Below are positions 1 through 13,446 of a DNA stretch of 64,000 nucleotides, piece by piece (position 1 is the stretch's first letter; each line of letters begins with the position of its first letter). The notes below the pieces were generated by a model, which saw only the letters and a program-made list of their open reading frames with translations, was not told the origin of the DNA and searched no databases. Source of the stretch: the human T2T-CHM13v2.0 reference genome, Homo sapiens; the NCBI RefSeq assembly GCF_009914755.1, contig NC_060928.1. One strand, 5' to 3'. A program made the translations under genes and the position numbers.

Positions 1-3000
1 TTTCCTACATGGTTATATTCAGTTCTTGAATCATTTAATTTTGAATCAACTCATTATGTCAGTTTTCATTACAGTGGTGTATATGCACAACAAATGGAAC
101 TAAAATTAAACTAAGGAACCCAGACATAATGCCAAGTAATAGTCCTGACAGAGCTGATTGGAAGTTTGGCTATAAACATTTACCACGTGAAAGGGCACAG
201 AAGTTGTTAAACACAAACTCCATAAATTCGGTCAAAGCTTATTTATTTAACCATATTCTTCCTCAACTTACTCGGACTTTGATTTTTACAACATTGAAGG
301 AGGAATTTTCAATATGTAAAAATTGTCCCTAGAGTTTATAACCCTTGTTATAAACTGTTATAAGTGGTAGGAATTGGCTAAATAACTTCTGAAGAACAGA
401 AACAAAAAATGACTCTTAAATTTTAAAAGTCATTTGGAAAGTGTTTAAATGCTATCTTTAATAGCTCTTTGAAAATTGACATATGACTATTATAATTTAA
501 AACATTCTCTAATGCACAGTCCAAACATGACCCTGAGACCATGTTTATCATTTAAATGACAAAAGGTATGTACTATGTACACTGCTTTAAATTTAGTTAT
601 TGGCTTCTAAAGGGATAGAGTGAGGCGGGTGAAGCGGAAAGGAATTATCACTTAATTGATTATCAATATATTTGTTAATATGTAAAATGTTGGAATTCAG
701 AGTCAATTTATTTCTACCATGCACCTGAACACTATCATGCTTTTGGTATATATGTTTTCAGTGCAAAATAAAGGTTGGTATGTTAGAACAACATAACTAT
801 ATATCCCATTTCCCAATTATTCCTTTATTATACCTCTATAATATACTATTTTTCTGAAAAAAAAAGAAAAAATATTTATTAAGATCATATGTCTCATGAC
901 ATTTTTAATGGAATATGAATTTACAAATAAAAAGTTGGTGTGAAAAATGTACAAATTCTGAACAGTTTTTAAACTTAGTTTTTAAAAGTCACTTTTTAAA
1001 GCCCCTTGAACACATCCATCTGTCAGTTCAAGATGGCATCCTCTAGGACTCTCGCATAACATTTACATCATTTCAATTTTATGTCTAAATATGTTGATTG
1101 TGCCTCTTAAAAGGACACCAGTATACAGTGTCCTTGTATTTTATCTGCCTGGATTTCTGTTCCCCAGGAAATATATTATATGACCTCTGATTAGCAGAAC
1201 CTTTGATGACTTGTCTTATTTATTTGTTCCTCCAACCACATAAAAAAATGTTTATGGAGGATCTGCTTCATTCTGGGCACTATTATACACACTGAAACAG
1301 AAATAAATGAGACAAATCAGTCTAGTAGAGATGTATAAATGATAATAATAATGCAGACAGCTAATGGCAAAATTAAAAATATATGCAAAGAACAATGGCA
1401 ACACCATGAATGAGGAATTAAATACGTGGGGACTACTTTTTTGTTCAGCCCCTTTTAATGCTAGCTTCCCAAATTTACCTTCCAGTAATGGGATTCTTCT
1501 GGCACTGCTGAGTAGCAAATCTGAGGCCTATTACTATTAATGCTTGTTTCCTTACATCTCCAAACATACTGCATTTTGTATAAGGTAAATACTCAAAAAA
1601 TATTCATTGCTATTGATACTCATTTAAATGATTTACTGAAACAATGTTGGTAAATAAAGAAACGTATCAGCATAAGAAACGGACAATATGTGAAGGAGCT
1701 GTCCAGGATTAACTGCCTAGACTCAATCACTGCCTTCCTAGCTCATAACATGTAGCAGATTCTTCCTGCCTGGCTAGACTTCCCCAATTCTGCCTTCACT
1801 TGGCCAGATTTGCTCTGCTGGTATGTTTCAGTCCCTCTCTAGTTTCTGAGCCAGTTACTGGCATGTTTAAAATCCTTATTTTAAGTTATACGTGTCTTGA
1901 AATTGAAAGATAAGACTTCTGGAGGATACTTAAGTAAATTTAATTTATGTCCTGCCTTTTGAAACCCCAAACAACTCTAAATTAACATCTTATTTGGCAG
2001 GCCTATAATTACAGAGGAAAGTCAGCTTTCAAAGGCATTGCTCTTAAAAATATACATCCAACCACTTAAGTAATGACTTGCCTTGAGAAAGTAAGAATTG
2101 CTGAGCTGTCCTTGAACCACATTGACAATTTCTCTCAGCAGTGACCTGAAGACAAGATGTGCACTCTGAAAGGGGATTGCCACAATTTTTAATCTGCCTG
2201 GGTTTCTGATCAGGCAAAATATAAATCATTTAATCAGCTCCCAACTGAGCATCAGGTACAACTAGTATAAATTTTCCTTCATAAAAGTTTCATCAAAGCT
2301 GGGGATGGCTGCACTGCCTTACCTTTTGCTAGAGAAATTATAGCCTGCAAAGATTGGCTGGTAGTCATATGTGATTGATAGGCTTGGGGTGGATGGCCTT
2401 CATGCATAGGAGTTCAAGTCTAAATGGCCTTTGCAGCTACTTTCATCTTTCCCTTAAAATAATGCTTTGCTTCACTTACTGCAAAGGAAAAGGCTGCTAA
2501 CAATCGTTTTTCTTTTTTTCTTTTTTCTGAAAATGCTCTCACTTCCATCAATTTACAGCTAGAGAAAAATTGGCAGGCACAATCTTCAATATGGTAATTG
2601 TTTCTTATAAGCCAGCACACCTATAGGAAAAGCTAGAAGACTGAAGAGAATCATCACTCTCTACCTAGCTTTAACTGAGATTTCTGAGATGAATATTATT
2701 AAATTATATGGGTTCTCGTTAGCCATTTTATACATCTGGTATAATATCTGTGTGATTTTAAGATGGAAAGTAACTCCAACCAAATGAAGAAAATGTGAAG
2801 TCAGAAACTTTCTTAATTAGATCACTAATTCTCTTTACTTTTTAACTTTTGTGATATTAGAACTTATACCATTTCAAATGGAAAACATCATCTAAAATAT
2901 CACAAATGCTACTCAGAATGAGAGTGCAGAGTGATAAATTCCTGAATAACAAGAGTCCTAATTATGAAATATTGAAAGCCAAGTGATATATCTTTCAAGT

Positions 3001-4067
3001 ATTGGTCACAGCAAGAACTAAGACATAAATCAGTGCTAATAAGTAAACACGTAAGTTAATTTTAAGGAGTCTAATTTTCAGGAGACTTACATCACTCATA
3101 ATGTATTTCAACTTAAAAGCCCTATCATTTCATGCTTTCAAATCAAGTGTATGAATTGCCTTACATTCCAATCCCATGTCATTTAATTTAATGTGTTCTT
3201 GCTAAATTATAGTAAGACTCAAAGTAGGGCAAATAGGTATAGAAATATTTAATTCAAATATTAAAAGTTAAATATAAAAGACTGGTGATAAGGTAAATGT
3301 TAAACAATGTATTTCCCTGGAAACAAGATTTCTATATTCTGCAAGGTATCAGCAATCAATCAATTAAAATTCACTAACACAAATGAATGAAGTGCCTCAA
3401 GTATCCCCAGCCACAGATGAACTGTTGCATCAGAACAATTATTCTAGCTGGTAACAGAATTAAATGTCCCCTCAGATGGAAAAGTGGAAAAACATGTTAT
3501 TACACATTTGGCCAAAAAGAAAAAAAAAAAGGAATCTCTGATGATGATGTTAAGCAGGTGGGGCTAAAATTTCTCTTAAAACCAAGAACAGGGCAAGTTC
3601 TAATCCCAGAATCCTCAGAAAGTCAATCACGATCAACTTTTCAATTATAAATTCAATCAATTGTAGATCACTTGCAGGGCAACTGTTGCCTTCACATACT
3701 GTACACCACAACTAAACCCTTGAAATTTCATTAAGTCCTAAAAACAATAGAATTCTGGAAGCTTCCAAAGGCAACTTTATCTCAAAGTCTTAAATGTGAG
3801 TAGTAACTTCATTCAGGACTCCCTAATCCAGAAAACCAATATTCAAATATTTATCCACAGGGTCTTTCTTAGTTTTCTCCAACTTTAGTGTAAACAAAAA
3901 TTACCCACAGATTAATTCAAATCTCTTCCCAGAGACATGAATAAGTTGGCCTGGCCTGGGCCGCTGTCACACAACTCTTCAAAGACGCCTGACAGAGATG
4001 TGTTGATGCTGTTATAAATCTATATAAAAATAACAATAAAATAAAACAAAGGATCGTCAACATAATA

Positions 4068-4798
4068 TAGTCATGCCTTGCTTAACAGCAGGGATACATT
4101 ATGAGAAGTGCATCCTTAGGTGATTTTGTCATGTGAATATTGTGTTAGTGACTCTTTGAGGCTAGCACACATGGTAAAGAATTTACCAAGACAGGAATGA
4201 GTTTAGACAGGCATATTTATTAAAGAAAGGGGAGATACATTGCAAGGATGCAACTGACAAGACAGCAGAAGGAAGGCTGTCAGTTGTCTGCAAAGAGGCA
4301 GGGACTGGATGGGGAGTTCTATAAGGCTATGCTGCTTTAGCTGAATGCTACAAACAGGATGCTTGGGTGCAGGGTGCTGGGAGCTGAGTGCTTATAACAG
4401 AATGCTTAGATGTTAGTGAGCTGCTTATGGTTCACCCCATTTCTCAAACATTCATTCATCTCTTCCTGTTTCTGTTTTTCCCAGCTAAGCTCATTTTTCA
4501 ATTTTCTTTTAACTCCTTGGGGCACCACAAACATCGCAGAATGTACTTAAAGCAACCTAGATGGTATAACCTACTACACACCTCAGCTATATGGTACAGC
4601 CCATTGCTTTAAGATTACAAACCTGTACAGCATGTAACTATACTGAATACTGTAGGCAATTGTAATACAATGGTAAGTATTTTTGTATCTAAACATATCT
4701 AAACAGAAAATATACAGTAAAATTACTGTAAAATCCTATGGGTCCACTGTCATCTATGAGGTCTGTTGTTGACCACGTCATTTTGCAGTGCATGACTA
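4068..4798 (+). mobile_element. Tigger3a-like TcMar DNA transposon, split by an LTR insertion
   Basis: TIRs tagtcatgc...gcatgacta flanked by TA; body matches remembered Tigger3a motifs (acctagatggtataacctactacacacc, tactgtaggcaattgtaatacaatggtaagtattt). Confidence 0.85.
4141..4529 (-). mobile_element. Solo LTR, probably ERVL class (subfamily uncertain)
   Basis: TG...CA termini, 5-bp TSD aatat/aacat, minus-strand AATAAA (tttatt at ~4216); interrupts Tigger3a. Confidence 0.7.
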
Positions 4799-4984
4799 TA
4801 CATTCTAGATGTTCATTCTTGTAGAATAGTGAATAAGGAAGAAAATAATTGATTTGATGGAGAAAATGTACATCTGATCTCCGGTATGATTGGCCACAGT
4901 GAATGGGCAAAAAAGAGTAAATCTAGAAATCTAAAAACAATGGATATCAAAACCAGTTTGAGCTTGATTCACTTATGACCTTCA

Positions 4985-5325
4985 TATCCTCCATGCTCCC
5001 TCCTTCCACAGAGCCTGTCCATATCTGTGTCCTCTCCCTATAATGCTCTTTCCACTCATCATCACATGAGCACTTGTATATACTTCATTTTTTTTAAGTG
5101 TAATTTCCCATGGGGAATGATTCCTGTCCTTACTTCTAAGGCCAAATCAAAATATTATAGACAGGCATAAACCATATAGCTTTTCTTCCTAGCTTGCCAT
5201 GGGTAAATTTTACATTTTTAGTGATTACTTGATTAAAATTATTTTTTATATAACATAACGAAATCCATTTAATTTACTTCCAGTATTCTTAGCTCTCAGC
5301 ACAATACTGGACACATAGTATTTCT
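4985..5325 (+). mobile_element. L2 3' fragment
   Basis: Degenerate L2 3' motifs (atgctctttcc...agcacaatactggacacatagta). Confidence 0.5.
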
Positions 5326-5450
5326 GGGATATATGAATTGAGAGGAAGTATGCTCATGTATGGGGAAATAAAACTCTATGACCCCAAAGAGAGAAACTGA
5401 AGTAAACCCAAACTGGTAATTGAAATGATACGAGGAAAAACGTAACTTTC

Positions 5451-5972
5451 CAGTAACATAACTTTTCAGTCTCAGGAGGCTTTTACATTCTTAACTATTA
5501 CTGAGGACCTCAAAGGGCTGATGTTTATATAGGTTATATTTATGAATATTTACCCTGTTTGACATTAAAACTGAGCATGAAAATATATATTTATTTATAA
5601 ATTTACTTAAAATAATACAAATAAAATAGACCCAGCTTATGATAACATAAACAACATACTTTAATGAAAAATAAAGATATTTTCCAAAATGAACAAAAAA
5701 AAACTACTAAGAGTAGTGGCTTTATGTTCATGCAATCTCTTTAATATTTGGCTGAACAGAAGACAGTTGGATTCTCAGATCTCCCTCTACATTCACTTAG
5801 CTGCAACATCACACTTCACGTAGCCTTTGGAAAACTCCACTCATAAGAAAATTAGAGGAGAAAAAGAAAAACAGTTTTGTAATATATTATAAAAATAATT
5901 TTGATCTTGCTGGCTCAAGAAAATATCTCAGATACCCCCAGAGATCCCTAGACCACACTTTAAGAACTACTG
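5451..5972 (+). mobile_element. MER119-like hAT-Charlie DNA transposon
   Basis: tctcagg...ttacattctta...tgaggacctcaaag start and gaccacactttaagaactactg hAT terminus. Confidence 0.7.
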
Positions 5973-6159
5973 ATACAATTCATCCTCCAAATGGAGACAC
6001 TTTTGAAAATGAAAGTATATTATAATAATCATTGTAGAATATCAATCATAAACAAGGGATATTGCTAATATGTATTAATTAATGGTTATATAAATATGCT
6101 AATTAAAATATCTTAAAATTCAAAACAAATATAGACTATATGGTGTATAATTTCTTACT

Positions 6160-6276
6160 ACTAAACTATAAACTTCTTTAAAGTTGGATACATTTTTGTG
6201 TACCTACAGGAGCTAGCATAGTGTCTTCTACAAATTTGCTTTTCAATAACTATTTAATGAATGAAAGAATAAATGA
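6160..6276 (+). mobile_element. L2 3' end fragment
   Basis: ctataaacttc...agctagcatagtg...caataactatttaatgaatgaa. Confidence 0.5.
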
Positions 6277-7357
6277 TTGTGTAAAGAAACAACTAAATGA
6301 TAACTGTTATTACATGTTTCCCAGTCCTTATAGTCTGTTTTGAAATGGACAGGTGAGAGTGGTTTTAGAGTATTGTAGTGATTCTATCATAATATTCCCT
6401 ACTTCCTCCACGTCAGTCAACTTTTCGAGTTATTTCAAACCAGTAAAGATAGAAGGTATGAAGCAGAATACAAAATCTCCAACACAGTATGATTGGAGAG
6501 GCACAGAGAACTTCAACCTGAATAATTATTACTCACTCTAAAAATGCTTGAAATATATTAGCCGTAGTCGATACGAATTATCATTCTTCCTTGTCTAAGC
6601 CAATTTTTAAATTGAATTATGCTTGCAAGAAACATTACATTTTTTTAAGTGAAGTAGACACTCAACCTTAACCTCAAATGTATTTAATATTTTTCTAGAA
6701 TTTGTCCAAACATATATTTGTACACATGTACAGAAAATACATAGACATAATTCACCTAAATATAATCCTTTATTTAATCAACATAGAAAACTTCCTGAGT
6801 GTAAGATGGCCTTACATATTTTCTCTTCCCCAAAGATAATCTTAAACATAAAAGAATTCTTGGGTACTACATAGACTTAGGATGATAAGAAATGTTGGGT
6901 TCAGAGGTAGGTGATTTAATAAGTTGATAAAAACTAACTCAGCAAATAGAATTTCTTTACTAAGAAGAAAGCTGAAGAATATTAATGGTAGAATGTTTCT
7001 TAAATTTTATAATATATTTTTTCATATGCCCTCTTTAAAAAACACTGCTATAATCCTTTTGCAGGCCCAAGTCAATGAAGAACAAAGGTAAATGTGTCTC
7101 TTCATGAGTGTTTGGAATTTATTACTAGCTTTTGCTATATCATATAAATTAATAAGGATCATTTTCAGTTATTTACAAGCAGTTTCTAATTGAAACATTA
7201 AAATTATAAATAATATACAAAAATAATTTTTAAATTTTTAATTTATGTTATTAATTTAATATGGGTGAAAATGGCTTATTCAATTTCTAAATAGTAACTG
7301 GGCATCTTAATTACCCTTTGGTTACAAGGAATTCACATGTACATCAAAGCTAGCTTT

Positions 7358-7490
7358 GAGCTGGGTGCAGTATTTCACACCTGTAATCCCAGTGTTTTGG
7401 GAGGCCAATGTGGGAGAATTGCTTAAGGCAGGAGGTCAAGTCCAGCCTAGGCAATATAGTGAGACCTTTTATCTACAAAAACTTTTTTTT
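7358..7490 (+). mobile_element. FLAM (free left Alu monomer)
   Basis: Single Alu left arm with TSD aagctagcttt at 7347-7357 and 7491-7501. Confidence 0.85.
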
Positions 7491-8277
7491 AAGCTAGCTT
7501 TGAATATAAGTGACATAAGACATACACACAAAAAGCTAAAATGTAAGGCAGCAATCCAAAGTTTTGATTATTTCTGGAGAAAGGTGATATTACTTCTGGG
7601 TTTGGTCATCTAGGGAGAAGAGACATAGATTTAAGTCTTTGTTAGGAATCAAAAGAGAGTAGAGTAGCTGAATTATTCCCTTGAATGAAATGAACCAGGT
7701 AAAAAAATTATCTTTGGAGCAGTACCTGAATACAAATTTAATGGAAGGCTAACTTTGGGAGGATGGATTGTCAAAGTCAGTTTTTTCAGTTGTCTGGGTA
7801 GGAAATAGAGGTGTAAATATAGAGTAGCATAAGTGACAAAGAAAGATGGCAACATGAAAGGTGAAAGAATAAGAGAATTCACAGAGTTGTTGGTGGTCAG
7901 AATTTGGAGACAGAAAGAGATTCTAGCAAGGAAGGTATTCAGCATCAGATCTATTTATGAATATAATACATGGAAGGGAACCATGTTAGGTTGAAGATGT
8001 AGCCAGAATTTCAACTATGTGACAATATAACATGAATTTGTAGTAGACAGAAAGAAAAGTTTTATTCTTGTTTATATCTCTGGAATCTAGGATAGTTCTA
8101 GCAACTTAGCATACGCTTGAGAAATGGTTATTGATTGAGGACTAAATGTATGCTGTTTAGTCCCCAGCTCATGCTGGGTAGCAAGGGGTGTAAGTTTATA
8201 AAAACAAGTTAGAGTTAGACTACAGGAGCCTTGAATGTCCAGACAGATTATATTTTATTCAATTTCAATATAGCCTC

Positions 8278-9085
<808 letters not shown>

Positions 9086-9267
9086 ATGTCATAAAACATT
9101 TTGAAAAATGAGTGACAGTTTAAAGAAATGCTTCAGGAAAATTCCTTCAACCACAAGTTGCATGCAGGATAGATTGGGGCAAGAGTTTTTAAGCCATAGG
9201 TGTCATTTCTATTGGGGAAAACTACTCATCTGGGAGGAAAGCACAAGGAGGAGACTAGAGAAATGAA

Positions 9268-9475
9268 ATTTACTGAATTTCTTTGTGCCAGGCACTGCAT
9301 GAAATACATTTGAAATATTTTCTGATTTCCTTGCCTTCCTCCAAAATGTTGTCATCCAAATTTTTTAATGAGGAATTTAAGGTTCAGATATATTAAGTAA
9401 CAAAAGTTATGCAGAGAGTAAGAAGAAGATGTCATTTAATCCCAGTTTTACTCTAAAGCACATGCTATTTCTGCT
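9268..9475 (-). mobile_element. MIR
   Basis: tgtgccaggcactg...atgaggaatttaaggttcagatatattaagtaac antisense core. Confidence 0.6.
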
Positions 9476-9563
9476 GTAACAAAAGTTACAATCTTGGAAG
9501 TAGTTACTTCAAGGAAGCTAATTAGAAGACTTTATGGAAGAGCAAGAGTTTGAGCATCAGTTT

Positions 9564-10090
9564 TGTAGATGAAGATTGCCAGGAATTTTAGCTATGCTTG
9601 CCATTAAGATATGGAGTCTACTTATCCTCTCTTGGAACCTGTGTTGGGCCTGTGCCTCCTTTTAACAAATGGGATGTGACAGAAGTGATACTCTACAAGG
9701 CTAGATCATGAGCCCTGCAGCATCTGTCCAGGTCTCTTGGCTCATTCTGGGGAAGTCAGCCACCAAGTAAAAGTCTGACTCTCCTGAGATGACCATGTTA
9801 TGAGAATCCGAGGCCACATAGAAAGAACTTGTAAAATCAGATAGATGCCATATGAGGAGATAGAAAGGCCATAAGGAGCAATGCTGAGACATGCAAGTGA
9901 GGACACATGTTTGCCAGTAGAACATCCAGCCCCAGCCACCCCAACTAGTCTCATGAGGATCAGGCAAAAATGGCCTGATAGAGTCCATCTCCCATTCTTG
10001 ATTTCCTCAAATTGTAATAAAAATAAAATAGTTGTTTTGAGCTTCTATGTTTTAGAGTAAGTGGTTAAGCAGTATTAGGTAATGGGAAGA
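9564..10090 (+). mobile_element. MLT1G/H-like MaLR LTR
   Basis: tggagtctacttatcctctc, gatgtgacagaagtga, 3' aataaaatagttgttttgagc... Confidence 0.7.
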
Positions 10091-11579
10091 ACTAGAGATA
10101 GTAAAAGTCACACTATGATTATTGACTTTTTAAAATAACATATCAAATGATGCTGAAGATCCCTGTAAACATTGAACTTCATTTTGATAATGTAATGATG
10201 GATAAAATGTTAAAACAAATTACTTCAATATGGTATAATCACACACACACACGCACACACACCAAGCAAGCTAAAAGAAGGAAGAAACAGCAGATGTAAA
10301 CGAAATGTGAGGATAGAGGAAAATTCCAGTAGTCAGCAGTGAGCTGTCAAATAGGACTCACCCTGATATTTGCAGTGCTTTATCTCAAAGGGTCATTTTT
10401 TTAAATCCTTCTCACCTCTGTGGGAATCCTATAGCCCAAGTGACCCATATTTAGTGGCCTACCCCACAGCTAGGTCAGTGAAAATCAATTCTCAGTTAAA
10501 AATCAACCAACAAGGAAAGACTTAAAGGAAAAGAGGAAAAGATTTGACAAGGGTTTTACTGAAACCTCTTTGCACTTTACACATTTTGGGCCTAGAAATG
10601 GAATAAGCATTTGCTAGTTATCGTGGGAAAAGCTATTTTCTCTCCTCTCAGCAAGACGAAAAGAATGAGGCTAGAATGCTTTGTCTAAAAATCTTTTTCA
10701 AAGAAACTAATATTATAGTATAAACTAAGAAAGGTGCTGTGCTTTCAGAAAGCAGTTCTACCAAACTCATTGATTGTTTCCTGCCCATAGATAATCCTGA
10801 GTAAGTATGCTCATTGATTTATGTCAGTTTTAAAAGCCCCAATTCTCCTGAATTATTCTAGTGCATGTTAAGCCAACCAATTCTAATTTGGTTCTTTAAT
10901 CTATAGACTGCATAAGAAATTTTCAGTCATTTCAATAGGATTTTTCAAATGAATTTGTCTGAGACACATTTTTAAATGTCCGTATCTTCTCTAAATAGTT
11001 TACGTTTCAAAATGATCTGTTTATGGGATCCATGATACTTTAAGTGGCATTAAATATATGTGCGCTTGGCTCATGTACGAGATCTGTCAAAGACCTTTCG
11101 TGTCTCTGACAGCACTTAATGGTTTGATCTAGGCATTTGTTTCTATGCTGTCTTCAGTGGGAACACTCAATCAGCATAGGTTCTAGTAGCCATTTGACTT
11201 AAAATAATAACAGGTGTAAATCATAATTGCAGCACATGCTGGGAAATGCGATCTTCTTCTTTAAGTTGGTGTGATAACTTATTTTCCTTTTTAATAGTTT
11301 ATCATAAATATTAGCAATTGACAGGTCTTGCTTTTCCATAGATTTACTACAGCCAAATATTGAAATATGATGACCCATAGAACATTTCTGGAGGTGATAT
11401 TGCACATTAATTCAAATAAAATGACTTTTATAATTCTTCACTTCTACATCTCTCTATATGTTACATGTAAATGAATTTATCATGTTAAAAGGTTTCAAAT
11501 CCATAAGCTTAGGCTACTTGGAAAAAAAAAAAAAAAAGATGCCTTCTTTACCTATGTCAAACCCAAAGATAGTAGACAA

Positions 11580-11677
11580 AGAGAAGACAAGGTCTCAGGC
11601 TGACTTGTTCACCCCTGTATCCCCTGCACCTAACAGTATCTGGCACATAGTGGATGCTCACAAATAGTTGTTGAATT
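11580..11677 (+). mobile_element. L2 3' end
   Basis: ttgttcacccctgtatcccctgcacctaacagtatctggcacatagtggatgctcacaaatagttgttgaa. Confidence 0.75.
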
Positions 11678-11924
11678 CATTAAGAATTATGTAGGCATCT
11701 TAATTTTCTACAAGTGATTACTAGAAGGCAGATTTTAAAAATGTCGTTACCAGAACGCATCCTCCATTTCTCAGTAAACAGGTTTAAGTCCTGCTTTTCA
11801 TCCCTGAAAGAATTAAAACCCTCGACTACAGGAGACAATCTGGTCACAAATAAAATATTTATAATTGACAACTATGCATGTATTTAACAAGATATTTTAT
11901 ATTAAAATTATAGCACTACATAGG

Positions 11925-12070
11925 GGGGAAGATCTTTAAGGTTCACCTATCTCCTTTATTTGAAAGGTAAGAAAAAGAAGGCCCAAAAGATTTAGAGCCT
12001 CCTAAACCAATAATGGCATGGCTGAGGCTAGAGAACAAGTCCCCAGATTCCCCACCCAGTGCTCTCATTA
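11925..12070 (-). mobile_element. MIR/MIR3 fragment
   Basis: gaaggcccaaaaga...ggctagagaacaagtccccagattccccacccagtgctct. Confidence 0.5.
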
Positions 12071-12799
12071 TCTAGACTGCTAACCTCTGTTCTTCCACAT
12101 ATAGATACCCCCTCCATTCTCTTTATTGAGGCATTTCCTTGCTTTGTATTCAAAAGGATTGGGAGAGAGTGGAAAGCAAGGGTTGATCTTCATCACATGT
12201 CAGTGTGGAACTCATTTTCTCTTCTAGTCCTTATATAACCTCTAGCATGCCTTCAGGTGTTGTTGGTAGGTTTCTGAAAGAAGCAAGAGAAGCTGCCTGA
12301 AATCAGACCTTTTTCTGAGAGACAAATGCTGTCTTTATAAAAATAAGAAATTAAGTTTATCAGGAGTAAGGGGACGCTAAAAACCCATTTTTTAAATTTG
12401 TCTTTTCACTTGTAGCAGTATTCCAATGTTATGCCATTAGACTCCCTGTATTTTAGATAATTGTTCACAACCATATCAGACATTATTTAGCATGAATAAA
12501 CTGCCAGGAAAGCACTAAATGTCACTGAAGCCTTTTGTTGATTTTCTCCCTTATCTATGTTCTCAACCTCATGTCCCTTTTTTTCTCTATTTCACTCTTA
12601 ACAAGGCTTGTTTGGTTTAAGCTGATAGCTAACGAATTCCACGAATGGTGATAATTGATAAGGACTTACCTTCCCACGTGTATTTCAACTTTAATATGAA
12701 ATTCTTGAGGGTCTAGAGTTGCTTTGAAACCAAATAAAAACCTACCGACCACTTTTGTAACCATCACAACGTTGCCTCCCAGCACACCCAGCACCCAAT

Positions 12800-13010
12800 C
12801 TTTTTAACCCTACTCTATTTTCTTTCTTCCAGGACATTTTTTTGAACCTACTATAAACATATTTTTATATCATGTTTATATTTTATTGTCTTTGTCTCCC
12901 TGCTAGAATGTAAACTCGAGTGGGAAGGGATATTGGTTTTGTTCATTGACATATTTCAAGTATCTAAACAGTAGCTGCCATTGTAGTTATTCAATACATA
13001 TTTGTTGAAA
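12800..13010 (+). mobile_element. L2a 3' end
   Basis: ctagaatgtaaactc...ttttgttcattga...tcaatacatatttgttgaa. Confidence 0.7.
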
Positions 13011-13235
13011 ATATAATAGAAATATATCTCTGTAACTGTATCTATAAATATAGATATGTACATGTTTGTGAATATCAGTGTTGTTTTTCTTATAATGACA
13101 GGGATGGGAGTGTGCTTTATTCTATGTAAAGTTCCTCAATCATCAAATGTTTGAAGTCGATAATTATACATTTTGTCTGAGTCTGTTCAAAAATATTCTT
13201 GCCAGGCCATATGGAGTCAGATTTGTTCAAGGTCA

Positions 13236-13359
13236 TGAAACAAATCTTATAATTTCTTTATAATTAAAATTATAATTATAATTAAATTTTAATTATAAAT
13301 ATATAATTATAATTAAAATTAAAATTATAAGCTTTGTTTCAGCTTATAATGAAACAAAG
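13236..13359. repeat. AT-rich nested inverted repeats
   Basis: 13236-13255 and 13322-13341 are reverse complements (19/20); 13332-13341 and 13350-13359 are perfect reverse complements. Confidence 0.85.
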
Positions 13360-13446
13360 GTTCATGTAATATTTTAAAATTTTATACAATTTTTTAAAAT
13401 GCACTGAATGTTAAGGGCAAAATAATATTTATAATATATATGTAAA

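Noticed and set aside
2322-2419. Minus-strand AG...GTAAGG exon-like segment
   Set aside because: Stops in all three frames, weak acceptor and no other support
11143-11179. Iron-responsive-element-like CAGTGG loop
   Set aside because: Flanking bases do not form the required 5-bp upper stem
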